Of a DNA stretch of 64,000 bases, positions 38,449-48,696 are shown in pieces (within the stretch, counting starts at the first letter, position 1; every line of letters begins with the position of its first letter). The position numbers and the translations under genes were made by a program. The DNA lies in NCBI GenBank assembly GCA_047920975.1, contig JBLRXC010000002.1:3061-67060 (forward strand), read 5' to 3'. Source of the stretch: Bacteroidales bacterium. Lineage in GTDB: Bacteria; Bacteroidota; Bacteroidia; Bacteroidales; JAADJA01. A model generated the notes under the pieces. The model ran no database searches and was not told the DNA's origin. It was given only the letters and a program-made list of their open reading frames with translations.

Positions 38449-39894
38449 ATGAAAAAATATCTTGGTTATACGAGTGCTGCCCTGATTGGGGGGTTAATTT
38501 TTGCAGCAAGCTATCATTTCCTGGATCGGCAGGAGAAAAATGAGATCGTTATTGCTGAAAGTCAATTACCTGTTCATCAATCCGGTTATTATACTGCCCG
38601 GCCGGCAATTATTGGGCCTGATTTTGTTGATGCTGCTGAATTAACAGTGAATGCTGTTGTTCACATCAAGGCTGAACTCCGACAAAGGAATAAGGTGTAC
38701 AATGATTTTTTTGATCTGTTTGACGATTTTTTTGGAAATCCACGAAACCGCTATCACAATGCGCCGGTTGTTGCAACCGGCTCCGGAGTCATTATCTCAC
38801 CTGACGGTTATATTGTGACCAATAACCATGTTGTACAGCAGGCAGATAAACTTGATATTACGCTGAACAATGGAAAAACCTATTCAGGAAAGATTATTGG
38901 CCGCGATCCTACAACTGACCTGGCCCTGGTAAAAATTGAAGAGGATAATCTGCCATTTCTGGCTTATGGTGATTCGGATGATATAAAAATTGGCGAATGG
39001 GTTCTTGCCGTGGGAAATCCATTCAATTTAACCTCGACTGTTACAGCGGGTATTGTGAGTGCAAAGGCCAGAAATATAAATATCCTTGGAGAGGTTGGTG
39101 CCATTGAATCATTTATTCAGACCGATGCTGTGGTAAACCGGGGAAATAGCGGAGGTGCGCTTGTCAATACAAGAGGTGAACTGGTCGGCATCAATGCTGC
39201 TATTGCTTCCAACACCGGCTCTTACACGGGATATTCATTTGCCATACCTGTAAATATTGTGCGGAAAGTCATCAGTGATTTTATTGATTTTGGTGAAATT
39301 CAAAGGGCCTATCTGGGAATTACTTTCAGGGAAATTGACAGCCAGTTTGCCCGTGAAAAGGGGTTGAAGGATGTGAAAGGTGTTTACATTGTTGACATAG
39401 CCCCTGATGGTTCGGCAAAAGAGGCTGGATTAAAGAGCGGCGATGTGATCATTCAGGTTGATAACTCACGGATCAATTCAAAAGCACATCTCCTTGAATC
39501 AATCGGAACGAAGAGGCCTGGAGATGTTGTGCAGGTTCTTGTGATGAGGGGCAATTCACAGGAAAAATTTAATGTTGTTTTGCGAAACCGCAGTGGGAAT
39601 ACGGAGATAGTAAAGAGAGATAATATTTCAATCCTTGGGGGAACCTTTGAATTGGTGCCTGAGGAAGAATTGCTGAAGCTAGGGATTGAACATGGACTCA
39701 AACTGGTCAATCTCACCGAGGGAAAGTTAAAAAATGCAGGAATCAGAAAAAGTTATATCATTACACATATTGACAAAACACCAGTATCGACAGTCGACCA
39801 ACTGAAATCCATTTTTGATTCCAAATCCGGTGGAACATTGATTGAAGGCTTATATCCCAATGGTCAGCGTGCGTATTACGGAATCGGACTTTGA
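38449..39894 (+). CDS. Do/HtrA-family periplasmic serine endopeptidase with two PDZ domains
   Basis: Catalytic triad contexts TNNHVV, DLALVKI and GNSGGALV, followed by two PDZ-like segments. The ATG at 38449 is preferred over the GTG at 38440. Confidence 0.9.
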   Translation: MKKYLGYTSAALIGGLIFAASYHFLDRQEKNEIVIAESQLPVHQSGYYTARPAIIGPDFVDAAELTVNAVVHIKAELRQRNKVYNDFFDLFDDFFGNPRNRYHNAPVVATGSGVIISPDGYIVTNNHVVQQADKLDITLNNGKTYSGKIIGRDPTTDLALVKIEEDNLPFLAYGDSDDIKIGEWVLAVGNPFNLTSTVTAGIVSAKARNINILGEVGAIESFIQTDAVVNRGNSGGALVNTRGELVGINAAIASNTGSYTGYSFAIPVNIVRKVISDFIDFGEIQRAYLGITFREIDSQFAREKGLKDVKGVYIVDIAPDGSAKEAGLKSGDVIIQVDNSRINSKAHLLESIGTKRPGDVVQVLVMRGNSQEKFNVVLRNRSGNTEIVKRDNISILGGTFELVPEEELLKLGIEHGLKLVNLTEGKLKNAGIRKSYIITHIDKTPVSTVDQLKSIFDSKSGGTLIEGLYPNGQRAYYGIGL

Positions 39895-40007
39895 TAATTC
39901 ACTTAAAAATAAAATATTCACACTGATTAAATACTTTCTTCGATTAAAAGCAATATTTATCAGTAAGTTATAGTTTTGATTGGAGATTAAAAAAAGTTGA
40001 AAATATT

Positions 40008-40039
40008 TTTGGTAAAGATAAAAATCTGTCGTACATTTG
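40008..40039 (+). promoter_or_regulatory. Bacteroidota promoter upstream of rpoD, with a -33 TTTG and a -7 TAcaTTTG
   Basis: TTTG lies at 40008-40011 and TAcaTTTG at 40032-40039, giving a 20-nt spacer. This is about 65 bp upstream of the ATG at 40104. Confidence 0.55.
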
Positions 40040-40103
40040 TATACTTTTTTCTCTTCTTTTTATTTATTTGATTATCAGCAACTTGAATAATTAAACAATC
40101 GTA

Positions 40104-40970
40104 ATGAGACAATTAAAAATTACAAAATCAATCACAAACCGTGAAACAGCATCACTTGATAAATATCTGCAGGATATTGGAAAGGAGGAGCTGATTACGG
40201 CAGATGAGGAGGTACAACTTGCGCAGAAGGTAAAAGCCGGAGATCAGCTTGCACTTGAAAAGCTGGTCAAAGCCAATCTTCGTTTTGTTGTTTCGGTAGC
40301 CAAGCAGTATCAGAATCAGGGATTAAGTTTGCCTGATCTGATCAATGAAGGTAACCTCGGATTGATTAAAGCTGCAAGACGGTTTGATGAAACCCGTGGA
40401 TTTAAGTTTATATCCTATGCTGTGTGGTGGATCCGCCAATCTATTTTGCAGGCTTTGGCTGAACAATCAAGGATCATTCGCCTGCCATTGAATCAGGTTG
40501 GATCATTGAACAAAATAAAAAAGGCAACTTCAAAACTTGAACAAAAATTCGAGCGTACGCCTTCTGCTGAAGAAATTGCGGAAAAACTTGAAGTACCAAA
40601 CTATAAAATTGACGCTGCCAAAAAGATTACTACACGGTACATCTCAATGGATGCTCCACTGACACAGGATGATGAAACCAAGTTCCTGGATGTTTTTGTA
40701 ACAGATGAAACGCCCAACACTGATGACTACCTCATGAAGGAGTCTCTGGCGCGGGAAATTCAACGGTCGTTGGCAACCCTGACCAAGAAGGAGCGGGATG
40801 TGATTAATCTCTACTATGGAATAGGAATCCCACATGGTCTTACCCTTGAAGAAATAGGTGCCAAGTTTGACCTGACGCGTGAAAGGGTCAGGCAAATAAA
40901 GGAGAAAGCTATCAGAAGGCTTAAACATACCTCAAGGAGTAAACTGCTGAAGGCATATCTGGGACAGTAA
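40104..40970 (+). CDS. rpoD: Primary RNA polymerase sigma factor (short Bacteroidota-type RpoD/SigA)
   Basis: Region 2 ([38 protein letters not shown]), region 3, and the region 4 HTH ([28 protein letters not shown]). 288 aa with no region 1.1 insertion. Confidence 0.9.
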   Translation: MRQLKITKSITNRETASLDKYLQDIGKEELITADEEVQLAQKVKAGDQLALEKLVKANLRFVVSVAKQYQNQGLSLPDLINEGNLGLIKAARRFDETRGFKFISYAVWWIRQSILQALAEQSRIIRLPLNQVGSLNKIKKATSKLEQKFERTPSAEEIAEKLEVPNYKIDAAKKITTRYISMDAPLTQDDETKFLDVFVTDETPNTDDYLMKESLAREIQRSLATLTKKERDVINLYYGIGIPHGLTLEEIGAKFDLTRERVRQIKEKAIRRLKHTSRSKLLKAYLGQ

Positions 40971-40990
40971 TCCTACATTAGAATATTTAA

Positions 40991-41021
40991 GGGATTATTA
41001 TTGATGTAATAATCCCTTTTT
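40991..41021 (+). terminator. Intrinsic terminator after rpoD
   Basis: gggattatta / ttgatg / taataatccc is a perfect 10-bp stem followed by ttttt. Confidence 0.7.
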
Positions 41022-41025
41022 CATT

Positions 41026-41033
41026 TATTTTTG
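41026..41033 (+). promoter_or_regulatory. Bacteroidota -7 motif TAttTTTG upstream of the GAPDH gene
   Basis: Exact TAnnTTTG match about 40 bp upstream of the ATG at 41073. Confidence 0.45.
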
Positions 41034-41072
41034 ACACAGATATTCAATCAGTAATCCGTTAATTTTTTGGCA

Positions 41073-42548
41073 ATGGAAAATAAAAAAATTATTTCTAAGG
41101 AATCTGCTGCATATATGGATTCGCTCAAAGGCTGGCAGGATGAAGAGAAAGCCGGAAATGAATTTATTAATGTGGTCAGTAAGCTTTTCTATGACAAATC
41201 AATTGAATTGATCTTTCTCAGAAATCAGGTCATTGACCGGAGTGCAAGTGTAATCCTTCACAAGCATTCCTATGCCAAGACAGTGATTGGTTCACCGCTA
41301 AAAATTCAGGATACTTTGGTTTTAGCCAATGCTATCTATAAACTCAACCTTCCTCCATCGAAAATTGATATTGGAAGGATGAACCATGAGTGGGTGGAGG
41401 AAAAGACCAGATATAATGAAGACCCCCATAAATTTGTATCCGATAAACTGAAACATATCATTGGCCAAAAACCCAAATATGAAAAACCCACCGATGTTGT
41501 ACTCTATGGATTTGGCAGGATTGGCAGGTTAATCTTGAGGGAATTGATCATTCAGGGTAACGGTGACCAGATCAGACCACGGGCTGTGGTCACCCGCAGT
41601 GTAACGCCGGAAGATATTTCAAAAAGAGCCTCTCTAATGCGGCATGACTCTATTCATGGGCCATTTAGGGGTAACGTCATTGAGGATCTTGATAATAAAA
41701 GTCTTTATATCAATGGCCATATCATAAAAATGCTCGAGGCTAAAAATCCTGAGGACATCAATTATGAAGCGTATGGTATTCAGAACGCACTTCTGATTGA
41801 TAATACAGGTGTTTTCAGGGATCGTGAAGGACTGGGAAGACACCTGAAGGCAAAAGGCATCAGTAAGGTGCTCTTAACCGCTCCCGGGAAAGGTGATATC
41901 AAGAATATTGTTTATGGTGTGAACCATCTTGAGCATGACCCTGACAGCGACAATATCTGGTCTGCTGCTTCCTGCACAACCAACGCCATTGTCCCGCCAC
42001 TGAGTGTCATTGAGCATGAGCTGGGCATTGAAAAAGGCCATATCGAGTCGGTTCATGCGTATACCAATGATCAGAACCTGTTGGACAACTACCATAAGAA
42101 ACCGCGAAGGGGAAGAGCAGCGCCACTGAACATGGTGATCACTTCAACAGGTGCGGGTTCAGCAGCCGCAAAGGCCATTCCATCGCTTGCCGGAAAACTC
42201 ACTTCCAATGCCGTGAGGGTTCCGGTGGCTAATGTATCACTGGCAATTTTATCACTCACAGTCAAAACCCAGACATCAAGGGATCATGTGATAGAAATGC
42301 TGCGACATGCGGCATTGCGCGGAAAGTATGTTGAGCAAATCCGGTTCTCTGCATCCAATGAATCGGTGTCATCCGATTTCATCGGCGACCCTGTGGCCTG
42401 TATCTTTGACAGCCCTTCAACACAGGTTTCTTCTGATGGTAAAAATATTCAGGTTTACTTATGGTATGATAATGAGTTCGGATATACCATGCAGGCGATC
42501 CGGCTGGCCAGACACCTCGCTAAAGTGAAGCGATTCACATATTATTAA
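41073..42548 (+). CDS. Glyceraldehyde-3-phosphate dehydrogenase, long form with an N-terminal extension of about 130 aa
   Basis: NAD motif VVLYGFGRIGRL starts near residue 145. Catalytic ASCTTNAIVP and C-terminal WYDNEFGY are present. The ATG at 41073 is preferred over the TTG at 41067. Confidence 0.85.
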   Translation: MENKKIISKESAAYMDSLKGWQDEEKAGNEFINVVSKLFYDKSIELIFLRNQVIDRSASVILHKHSYAKTVIGSPLKIQDTLVLANAIYKLNLPPSKIDIGRMNHEWVEEKTRYNEDPHKFVSDKLKHIIGQKPKYEKPTDVVLYGFGRIGRLILRELIIQGNGDQIRPRAVVTRSVTPEDISKRASLMRHDSIHGPFRGNVIEDLDNKSLYINGHIIKMLEAKNPEDINYEAYGIQNALLIDNTGVFRDREGLGRHLKAKGISKVLLTAPGKGDIKNIVYGVNHLEHDPDSDNIWSAASCTTNAIVPPLSVIEHELGIEKGHIESVHAYTNDQNLLDNYHKKPRRGRAAPLNMVITSTGAGSAAAKAIPSLAGKLTSNAVRVPVANVSLAILSLTVKTQTSRDHVIEMLRHAALRGKYVEQIRFSASNESVSSDFIGDPVACIFDSPSTQVSSDGKNIQVYLWYDNEFGYTMQAIRLARHLAKVKRFTYY

Positions 42549-42570
42549 AAAAGAATTATCATGCAAAAGA

Positions 42571-42605
42571 AAATGGGCAAATGAGAAAGTTTGCCCATTT
42601 TTTTT
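42571..42605 (+). terminator. Intrinsic terminator after the GAPDH gene
   Basis: aaatgggcaa / 10-nt loop / ttgcccattt is a perfect 10-bp stem running into a T-run. Confidence 0.7.
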
Positions 42606-42652
42606 GACTTTTGAAAGTAAAAAAGTAGATATTTGTACCAAATCTTTTCAGC

Positions 42653-44266
42653 ATGTCACATGTTAAATACATATTCGTTGTCGGCGGGGTTGCTTCTTCA
42701 CTGGGGAAAGGAATTATTTCAGCTTCATTGGCCAAATTGCTTCAGGCAAGAGGTTTTTCTGTGACCATACAAAAGCTTGATCCCTATATCAATGTTGACC
42801 CTGGAACATTGAACCCATATGAACATGGTGAATGTTATGTTACGGAAGATGGAGCAGAAACCGATCTTGATTTGGGTCATTATGAACGTTTCTCCAACGT
42901 ACCTACTACGCAGGCCAATAATGTGACAACCGGTAGCATATATCAAACGGTAATCAATAAGGAACGCAAAGGTGAATTTTTAGGACAGACAGTTCAGGTG
43001 ATTCCACATATTACAGATGAAATTAAACGCAGGATAAAAATTTTAGGCAATACGGGTAAATACGATTTTGTGATCACTGAAATTGGTGGAACAGTGGGCG
43101 ACATAGAATCGTTACCTTATATTGAGACAGTGCGGCAAATGCGATGGGAGATGGGAAAAGATTGTTGTGTCATTCATCTGACCCTCGTCCCTTTTCTGTC
43201 TGCTGCCGGCGAACTTAAAACCAAGCCAACACAACATTCTGTGAAAGCTCTCCTGGAGTCAGGAGTGCAGCCCGACATTATTGTATGCAGAACCGAGCAT
43301 CCTTTGCATGTGGGCCTCAAAGAAAAAATTGCACGCTTCTGTAATGTTGATAAAACATCAGTCATTGAATCGAGAGATGCCAGAACGATTTACCAGGTGC
43401 CTATCATGATGCGTGATGAAAACCTTGATACAGAGGTTTTAAGAAAGACTCAAATGCCTGTTGATACACGGGCCGACCTTAAAAACTGGGAAAATTTTCT
43501 TTATAAGCTGGAGCATCCGACGGATGAAGTGAATATTGGATTGGTTGGCAAATATGTTGAACTAAAGGATGCCTATAAATCTATCAATGAATCATTTGTG
43601 CATGCAAGTGCAATGAATGAATGCAAAGTCAATGTTCAACTGTTTCATTCTGAAGGAATCAATGCATCAAATGTTGAACAACAACTGAATCACCTCCATG
43701 GAGTCCTTGTTGCACCGGGGTTTGGAGAGCGCGGGATTGAAGGGAAAATTGAATCCATCCGGTATGTCCGGGAGAACAACATTCCATTTTTTGGCATTTG
43801 CCTTGGAATGCAATGCGCTGTTATCGAGTTTGGACGCAATGTGCTCGGTCTTGCAGGTGCGCACTCAACCGAAATGAACCCAAAAACAAAATTTCCTGTA
43901 ATCGACCTAATGGAAGAGCAAAAGAAGATCAAAGGACTCGGAGGAACAATGCGGCTTGGAGTCTATCCTTGCAATATTGACAAGCGGTCAAAAACATTTG
44001 AAGTGTACGAAACAACCCATATCAATGAAAGGCATCGGCATCGCTACGAATTCAACAATCGTTATATGGATGACTTTGAGAAAAAAGGTATGCTCAGTGT
44101 GGGCATTAATCCGAAGGAGAACCTTGTTGAGATTATAGAATTAAAAAATCATCCCTGGTTTATTGGGGTACAGTTTCACCCTGAATATCAAAGCACTGTG
44201 GCGAGCCCGCATCCACTTTTTGTGCATTTCGTAAAAGCAGCAATGGATTATAAAGGAGCAAAATAA
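42653..44266 (+). CDS. pyrG: CTP synthase
   Basis: KYIFVVGGVASSLGKGI N-terminus and the glutamine amidotransferase motif GICLGMQ ... HRHRYEFN. 537 aa. Confidence 0.95.
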   Translation: MSHVKYIFVVGGVASSLGKGIISASLAKLLQARGFSVTIQKLDPYINVDPGTLNPYEHGECYVTEDGAETDLDLGHYERFSNVPTTQANNVTTGSIYQTVINKERKGEFLGQTVQVIPHITDEIKRRIKILGNTGKYDFVITEIGGTVGDIESLPYIETVRQMRWEMGKDCCVIHLTLVPFLSAAGELKTKPTQHSVKALLESGVQPDIIVCRTEHPLHVGLKEKIARFCNVDKTSVIESRDARTIYQVPIMMRDENLDTEVLRKTQMPVDTRADLKNWENFLYKLEHPTDEVNIGLVGKYVELKDAYKSINESFVHASAMNECKVNVQLFHSEGINASNVEQQLNHLHGVLVAPGFGERGIEGKIESIRYVRENNIPFFGICLGMQCAVIEFGRNVLGLAGAHSTEMNPKTKFPVIDLMEEQKKIKGLGGTMRLGVYPCNIDKRSKTFEVYETTHINERHRHRYEFNNRYMDDFEKKGMLSVGINPKENLVEIIELKNHPWFIGVQFHPEYQSTVASPHPLFVHFVKAAMDYKGAK

Positions 44267-44267
44267 A

Positions 44268-45014
44268 ATGAATTTCTCAACCTTATTACTCAGTCTTGTT
44301 TTTTTCTGTGCAGTCATGTCTTCCTGCCAGATTGCCGAAAATGTTGTAAAAGTGCTTGATGAGCAAAAACCGCTCACAGAACAGGAAGTTATTCAGGGAC
44401 TCAAGGAAGCATTAAAGATCGGGACCGACACAGCCGTTCGGATTGTTTCAGCTCCCAATGGTTTTTTTCGTGATGAACGGATTAAGGTTTACCTGCCCCC
44501 GGAAGCTGCTGTGATCATGCAATACAAAGACAATCCTCTGCTTCAGGCGGTCGGGATCAATAAGCTGATCGATGATGCCATACTTGCAATGAATCGCTCA
44601 GCAGAGCATGCCGCTAAATCGGCAGCTCCGGTTTTTGCCAAAGCCATCAGGGATATGACTATCCAGGATGCTTTTTCTATTCTGAGAGGTTCGGATTCAG
44701 CAGCAACTCAGTATCTCCGGAGAACAACCTATTTTGAACTCAAAAACAGCTTTCAGCCCCAGATCAAATCCTCACTTGATCAGCCCCTTACAGGAAATAT
44801 TTCTGCCAATAAAGCCTGGGAGTCGCTTACTTCCGCATACAACAATGTAGCTTTGATTGCAGGTTGGAAAGCGGTGACGACGCAGCTTGACGAATATGTA
44901 ACCATCAAGGCGCTGAATGGTCTGTTCATCAAAATCCGGGATGAGGAAAAAGAGATCAGAACGGATCCCAAAGCCCGCGTAACGCAGATTCTGAGAAGGG
45001 TATTCGGTCAGTGA
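44268..45014 (+). CDS. DUF4197 domain-containing lipoprotein
   Basis: Signal/lipobox sequence (FFCAVMSSCQ). The GLKEALKIGTDTAVRIVS...FFRDERIKVYLPPE pattern is recognised as DUF4197. Confidence 0.6.
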   Translation: MNFSTLLLSLVFFCAVMSSCQIAENVVKVLDEQKPLTEQEVIQGLKEALKIGTDTAVRIVSAPNGFFRDERIKVYLPPEAAVIMQYKDNPLLQAVGINKLIDDAILAMNRSAEHAAKSAAPVFAKAIRDMTIQDAFSILRGSDSAATQYLRRTTYFELKNSFQPQIKSSLDQPLTGNISANKAWESLTSAYNNVALIAGWKAVTTQLDEYVTIKALNGLFIKIRDEEKEIRTDPKARVTQILRRVFGQ

Positions 45015-45039
45015 ATGTCTGATACTACTGTTCGGTGGT

Positions 45040-46026
45040 CTATTCGATCCCGGAAAAATGCTTCATGAATTGAACACGCTCATAGGCTGCAGGATTATCA
45101 GCCTCTTTGAAGCTCATTTTTCCGATAAAATCTGATGTTTTTTCAAAATGATGCCTTGTCATCCAGGCCTCCAGAAAACTTATCATTTCTGTAATAACAG
45201 GTGTACCATGTTTGTATACTGTCGAGGCAACCTGCACTGCTTTGGCTCCTGCAAGCAATTGTTTCACTGCTTCAGCGCCCGAATGAATGCCGGTGGATGC
45301 AGCAATATCGCAGTGAAGCCTTGCTGACAGCATTGCTACCCACCTAAGGGACAACGCAAGTTCTTCAGGAGTGCTAAAAACATTCGTAGATGTGATTTCA
45401 AACTTTTCAATGTCTATGTCAGGAGAAAAGAACCTGTTGAACAAAACTACCCCTTTTATCCCTGTCCATGAAAGTTTAAGCATGGTTTTGGCCAGACCTG
45501 AAAAATAGTAACTTGTCTTGACAGAGACTGGAATAGAAACCTCTTTCATGATGGCCTGGGAGATATCAAAATACACCTGCTCATTTTGTTCAGGCAGTTT
45601 TTTGGGATCTGAAGGGAGCACAAAAATATTCAGTTCAATCGCATCAGCTCCGGCATCCTGCATTTTACGGGCAAAAGATGTCCATTCGGCAGAGGATACA
45701 CAATTGATGCTTGCGATGATTGGAATAGAAACCTTTGATTTACAGTTTTTAATTAATTGCAGATAATTTGAAACATCATTCTCTTTCGAGTAATTACTGA
45801 TGTAATCCCTGGCTTCGGGATAAGAATAATTGGCTTCAGTCTGTGCGAGTGTTTTTTCAGCCTGAAACGTGATCTGCTCTTCAAAAAGTGATTTTAAGAC
45901 CACAGCTCCGGCTCCCGCCTTTTCAATCTCGATGATTTTCTCAACGGAATTGGTCAATCCGCAACTGCCAACGATAACAGGGTTTTTTAATGCAAGTCCA
46001 AGGTAATTTGTGCTTAAATCTGCCAT
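45040..46026 (-). CDS. Dihydroorotate dehydrogenase-like (class 1 DHOD/DHPD-family TIM-barrel flavoprotein)
   Basis: LKNPVIVGSCGLT, IASINC and GADAIELN motifs of the DHOD/DPD family, with a C-terminal extension. The substrate is not assignable. Confidence 0.65.
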   Translation of the reverse strand: MADLSTNYLGLALKNPVIVGSCGLTNSVEKIIEIEKAGAGAVVLKSLFEEQITFQAEKTLAQTEANYSYPEARDYISNYSKENDVSNYLQLIKNCKSKVSIPIIASINCVSSAEWTSFARKMQDAGADAIELNIFVLPSDPKKLPEQNEQVYFDISQAIMKEVSIPVSVKTSYYFSGLAKTMLKLSWTGIKGVVLFNRFFSPDIDIEKFEITSTNVFSTPEELALSLRWVAMLSARLHCDIAASTGIHSGAEAVKQLLAGAKAVQVASTVYKHGTPVITEMISFLEAWMTRHHFEKTSDFIGKMSFKEADNPAAYERVQFMKHFSGIE

Positions 46027-46171
46027 GTTTTTAATTTTTTAGCAAAATAATTCAATTCGCAAATTTAGAGATCATTTTTTTAAACCAGACAATAAATCTT
46101 AAGAACAGTTAAAAGCCTGGGACGGTTTGTGTCAAATTGCTTAATTTAGCACCCCTTAAATTGTGTGGATC

Positions 46172-46903
46172 ATGCTTGTTTTGCTAAAAAAAGAGGTGAA
46201 TGGATTTTTAAATTCGCTATTGGGATACATTGCTATTTCGGTATTTCTGATAGTGAACGGATTATTTCTTTGGATTCTGCCTGTTGAGTCGAATATCCTG
46301 GAAAACGGATATGCCAGCATTGACGGACTGTTTATGATAGGTCCTTTTGTCTTTCTGTTTCTGATACCCGCCATTACCATGCGTTTTTTTGCAGAAGAAA
46401 AGAAGACGGGAACTATTGAAATGTTAATGACCAAACCATTGACTGACATGCATTTGATCATGGCTAAATATCTGGCAGGGCTCTCTTTGGTGATTATCTC
46501 CATTATACCTACACTGGTCTATTCCTTCTCGGTATACCAACTTGGCTTGCCCAAAGGTAATCTGGATACCGGAGGTATGTGGGGGTCGTATATCGGGATG
46601 TTTTTTTTGGGGGCTACCTTTATTTCTATCGGATTATTTGCCTCATCACTCACTGATAATCAAATTATTTCGTTTATCCTTGCCATTATCCTGTGTGGGT
46701 TTTTCTACATTGGGTTTGAATTTATTTACGGTCTTGATCTTTTTGGAAATGCCGACCTGTTTGTAAAAAATCTTGGCATAAGTGCACATTATGCGGCCAT
46801 GAGCAAAGGGGTCATTGATACCCGGGATCTTTTGTACTTCCTGAGTGTGATCACACTGTTTATATTGCTGACAAAAATTTCGATGGAAAGCAGAAAGTGG
46901 TAA
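46172..46903 (+). CDS. gldF: Gliding-motility-associated ABC transporter permease GldF
   Basis: ABC-2-type six-TM permease with N-terminus MLVLLKKEVNGFLNS, directly upstream of gldG. The ATG at 46172 is preferred over the GTG at 46163. Confidence 0.75.
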   Translation: MLVLLKKEVNGFLNSLLGYIAISVFLIVNGLFLWILPVESNILENGYASIDGLFMIGPFVFLFLIPAITMRFFAEEKKTGTIEMLMTKPLTDMHLIMAKYLAGLSLVIISIIPTLVYSFSVYQLGLPKGNLDTGGMWGSYIGMFFLGATFISIGLFASSLTDNQIISFILAIILCGFFYIGFEFIYGLDLFGNADLFVKNLGISAHYAAMSKGVIDTRDLLYFLSVITLFILLTKISMESRKW

Positions 46904-46956
46904 ATTGAACGTTCAGGATAATCTATGCATATTCATTTCAATTCTTTTTTCATATT

Positions 46957-48693
46957 TTGAAAAATAAACAGGAAATAAAAAAAAGTAATATCATACAGTT
47001 GGTAACGGGATTGATCCTTATCATTCTTTTGAACCTTATCGGATATCGTTTTTTTACCCGGTTCGATCTCACCGCTGAAAAGCGTTATACGCTATCGGAG
47101 CCGACAAAAAAAATGCTTCGCGAACTGGATGATATTGTTTTCTTTCAGGTCTATCTGGATGGCGAATTCCCGGCCGGGTTTAAGCGTTTAAGGCGTGAAA
47201 CACGCGAAATGCTTGATCAATTCAGGGCATATTCCGATAAGGTCCAGTATGAATTTATCAATCCTTCATCGAGTGATGACCCTCAGGAGCGAAATGCGGT
47301 ATATCGCCGCCTGATAGAGCGGGGGCTTAATCCGACCGATCTCCAGATACAATCCAATGAAGGCACGAGACAACTCATTATTTTTCCAGGAGCCATTGTC
47401 TCTTACCTTGGTAAAGAGTTACCCATGGAGCTTTTAGTGTCGCAAATGGGATTACCGCCGGAAGAAGCACTCAATAATTCCATTCAGAACCTTGAGTTCA
47501 ACATAGCCAACACCATTCAGAAGTTAAGTGTGATTGTAAAACCCAAACTGGCCTTTATTGAAGGCCATGGTGAGCTTGGTGTGCTTGAAACAGCTGATAT
47601 TACGAGATCCCTAAGGGAATATTTTCAGGTTGACCGAATCCGGCTGGATGGTCAACTGAACAGCCTCACTGAGCGGGAAGAGATGAACGATGGTAGAATT
47701 GTGATCAGAAATAAATACCGGGCGATTATTATTGCAAAACCCGAAAAACCATTTGATGAGAAGGATAAGTTCATCATCGATCAGTTCATTATGAGGGGAG
47801 GAAATGTTTTATGGCTGATCGATCCGGTTTTTGCCAGTATGGACAGCATCCAGTTTGCCGATGCAACAGTTGGCATTATGAATGATGTGAATCTGAACGA
47901 TCAGCTTTTTCACTATGGCGTGAGGCTCAACAACAATCTCGTCATGGATCTGAGTGCGTTGCCCATTCCATTAAAAACCGGAGAAATTGGCGGGGCACCA
48001 CAGATCAGTTTTTACCCCTGGTATTATTTCCCTGTTCTGTACCCCCTTTCTGACCATCCGATTGTAAAAAATCTGAATGCTATCAAAACAGAATTTATCG
48101 GGAGTATTGATACAATTTCGAAGCAAGGGATAGATAAAACCATTCTTCTTACTTCATCGGAATTCTCCCGGACAGTCAACACACCGGTAATTATCAGCAT
48201 TGAAATACTGCAAAAAGAGCCTGACCGGCGCCTTTATCAGAAAAAAAATATACCGGTGGCTGTTCTTCTGGAAGGCAGTTTTGAGTCACTTTATAAAAAC
48301 AGGGTTCCACCTGAAATCGCAGAGAGTGCGGAAGTGGGATATCTTTCAGAAGGCAGTCCTGCCAAAATGATTGTAGTAGCTGATGGAGATATTATCAGGA
48401 ACCAGGTGAGACAGTCAGGTGGCAGGCCGGAGCCCCTTCCCCTGGGTTTTGACCGTTATACAAACCAGACTTTCGGGAATAAAGAGTTCATTTTGAATGC
48501 CATCAATTATCTGATTGATGAGGATGGGCTGATCTCTATCCGTTCGCGGGAATTAAAGCTTAGATTGCTCGACCGTTCAAAAATCCGGTCAGAAAGGATA
48601 AAATGGCAGCTGATCAATACCGGCTTGCCAGTTCTGGTCATTTTAATTATAGGTCTTATCATGTTTTTTATTCGGAAAATGAAATATTCTTAA
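46957..48693 (+). CDS. gldG: Gliding-motility-associated ABC transporter accessory protein GldG
   Basis: N- and C-terminal TM anchors flank a large periplasmic domain (RYTLSEPTKKML..., FIEGHGE). There is no in-frame ATG near the 5' end, so a TTG start at 46957 is implied. Confidence 0.75.
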   Translation: MKNKQEIKKSNIIQLVTGLILIILLNLIGYRFFTRFDLTAEKRYTLSEPTKKMLRELDDIVFFQVYLDGEFPAGFKRLRRETREMLDQFRAYSDKVQYEFINPSSSDDPQERNAVYRRLIERGLNPTDLQIQSNEGTRQLIIFPGAIVSYLGKELPMELLVSQMGLPPEEALNNSIQNLEFNIANTIQKLSVIVKPKLAFIEGHGELGVLETADITRSLREYFQVDRIRLDGQLNSLTEREEMNDGRIVIRNKYRAIIIAKPEKPFDEKDKFIIDQFIMRGGNVLWLIDPVFASMDSIQFADATVGIMNDVNLNDQLFHYGVRLNNNLVMDLSALPIPLKTGEIGGAPQISFYPWYYFPVLYPLSDHPIVKNLNAIKTEFIGSIDTISKQGIDKTILLTSSEFSRTVNTPVIISIEILQKEPDRRLYQKKNIPVAVLLEGSFESLYKNRVPPEIAESAEVGYLSEGSPAKMIVVADGDIIRNQVRQSGGRPEPLPLGFDRYTNQTFGNKEFILNAINYLIDEDGLISIRSRELKLRLLDRSKIRSERIKWQLINTGLPVLVILIIGLIMFFIRKMKYS

Positions 48694-48696
48694 CAC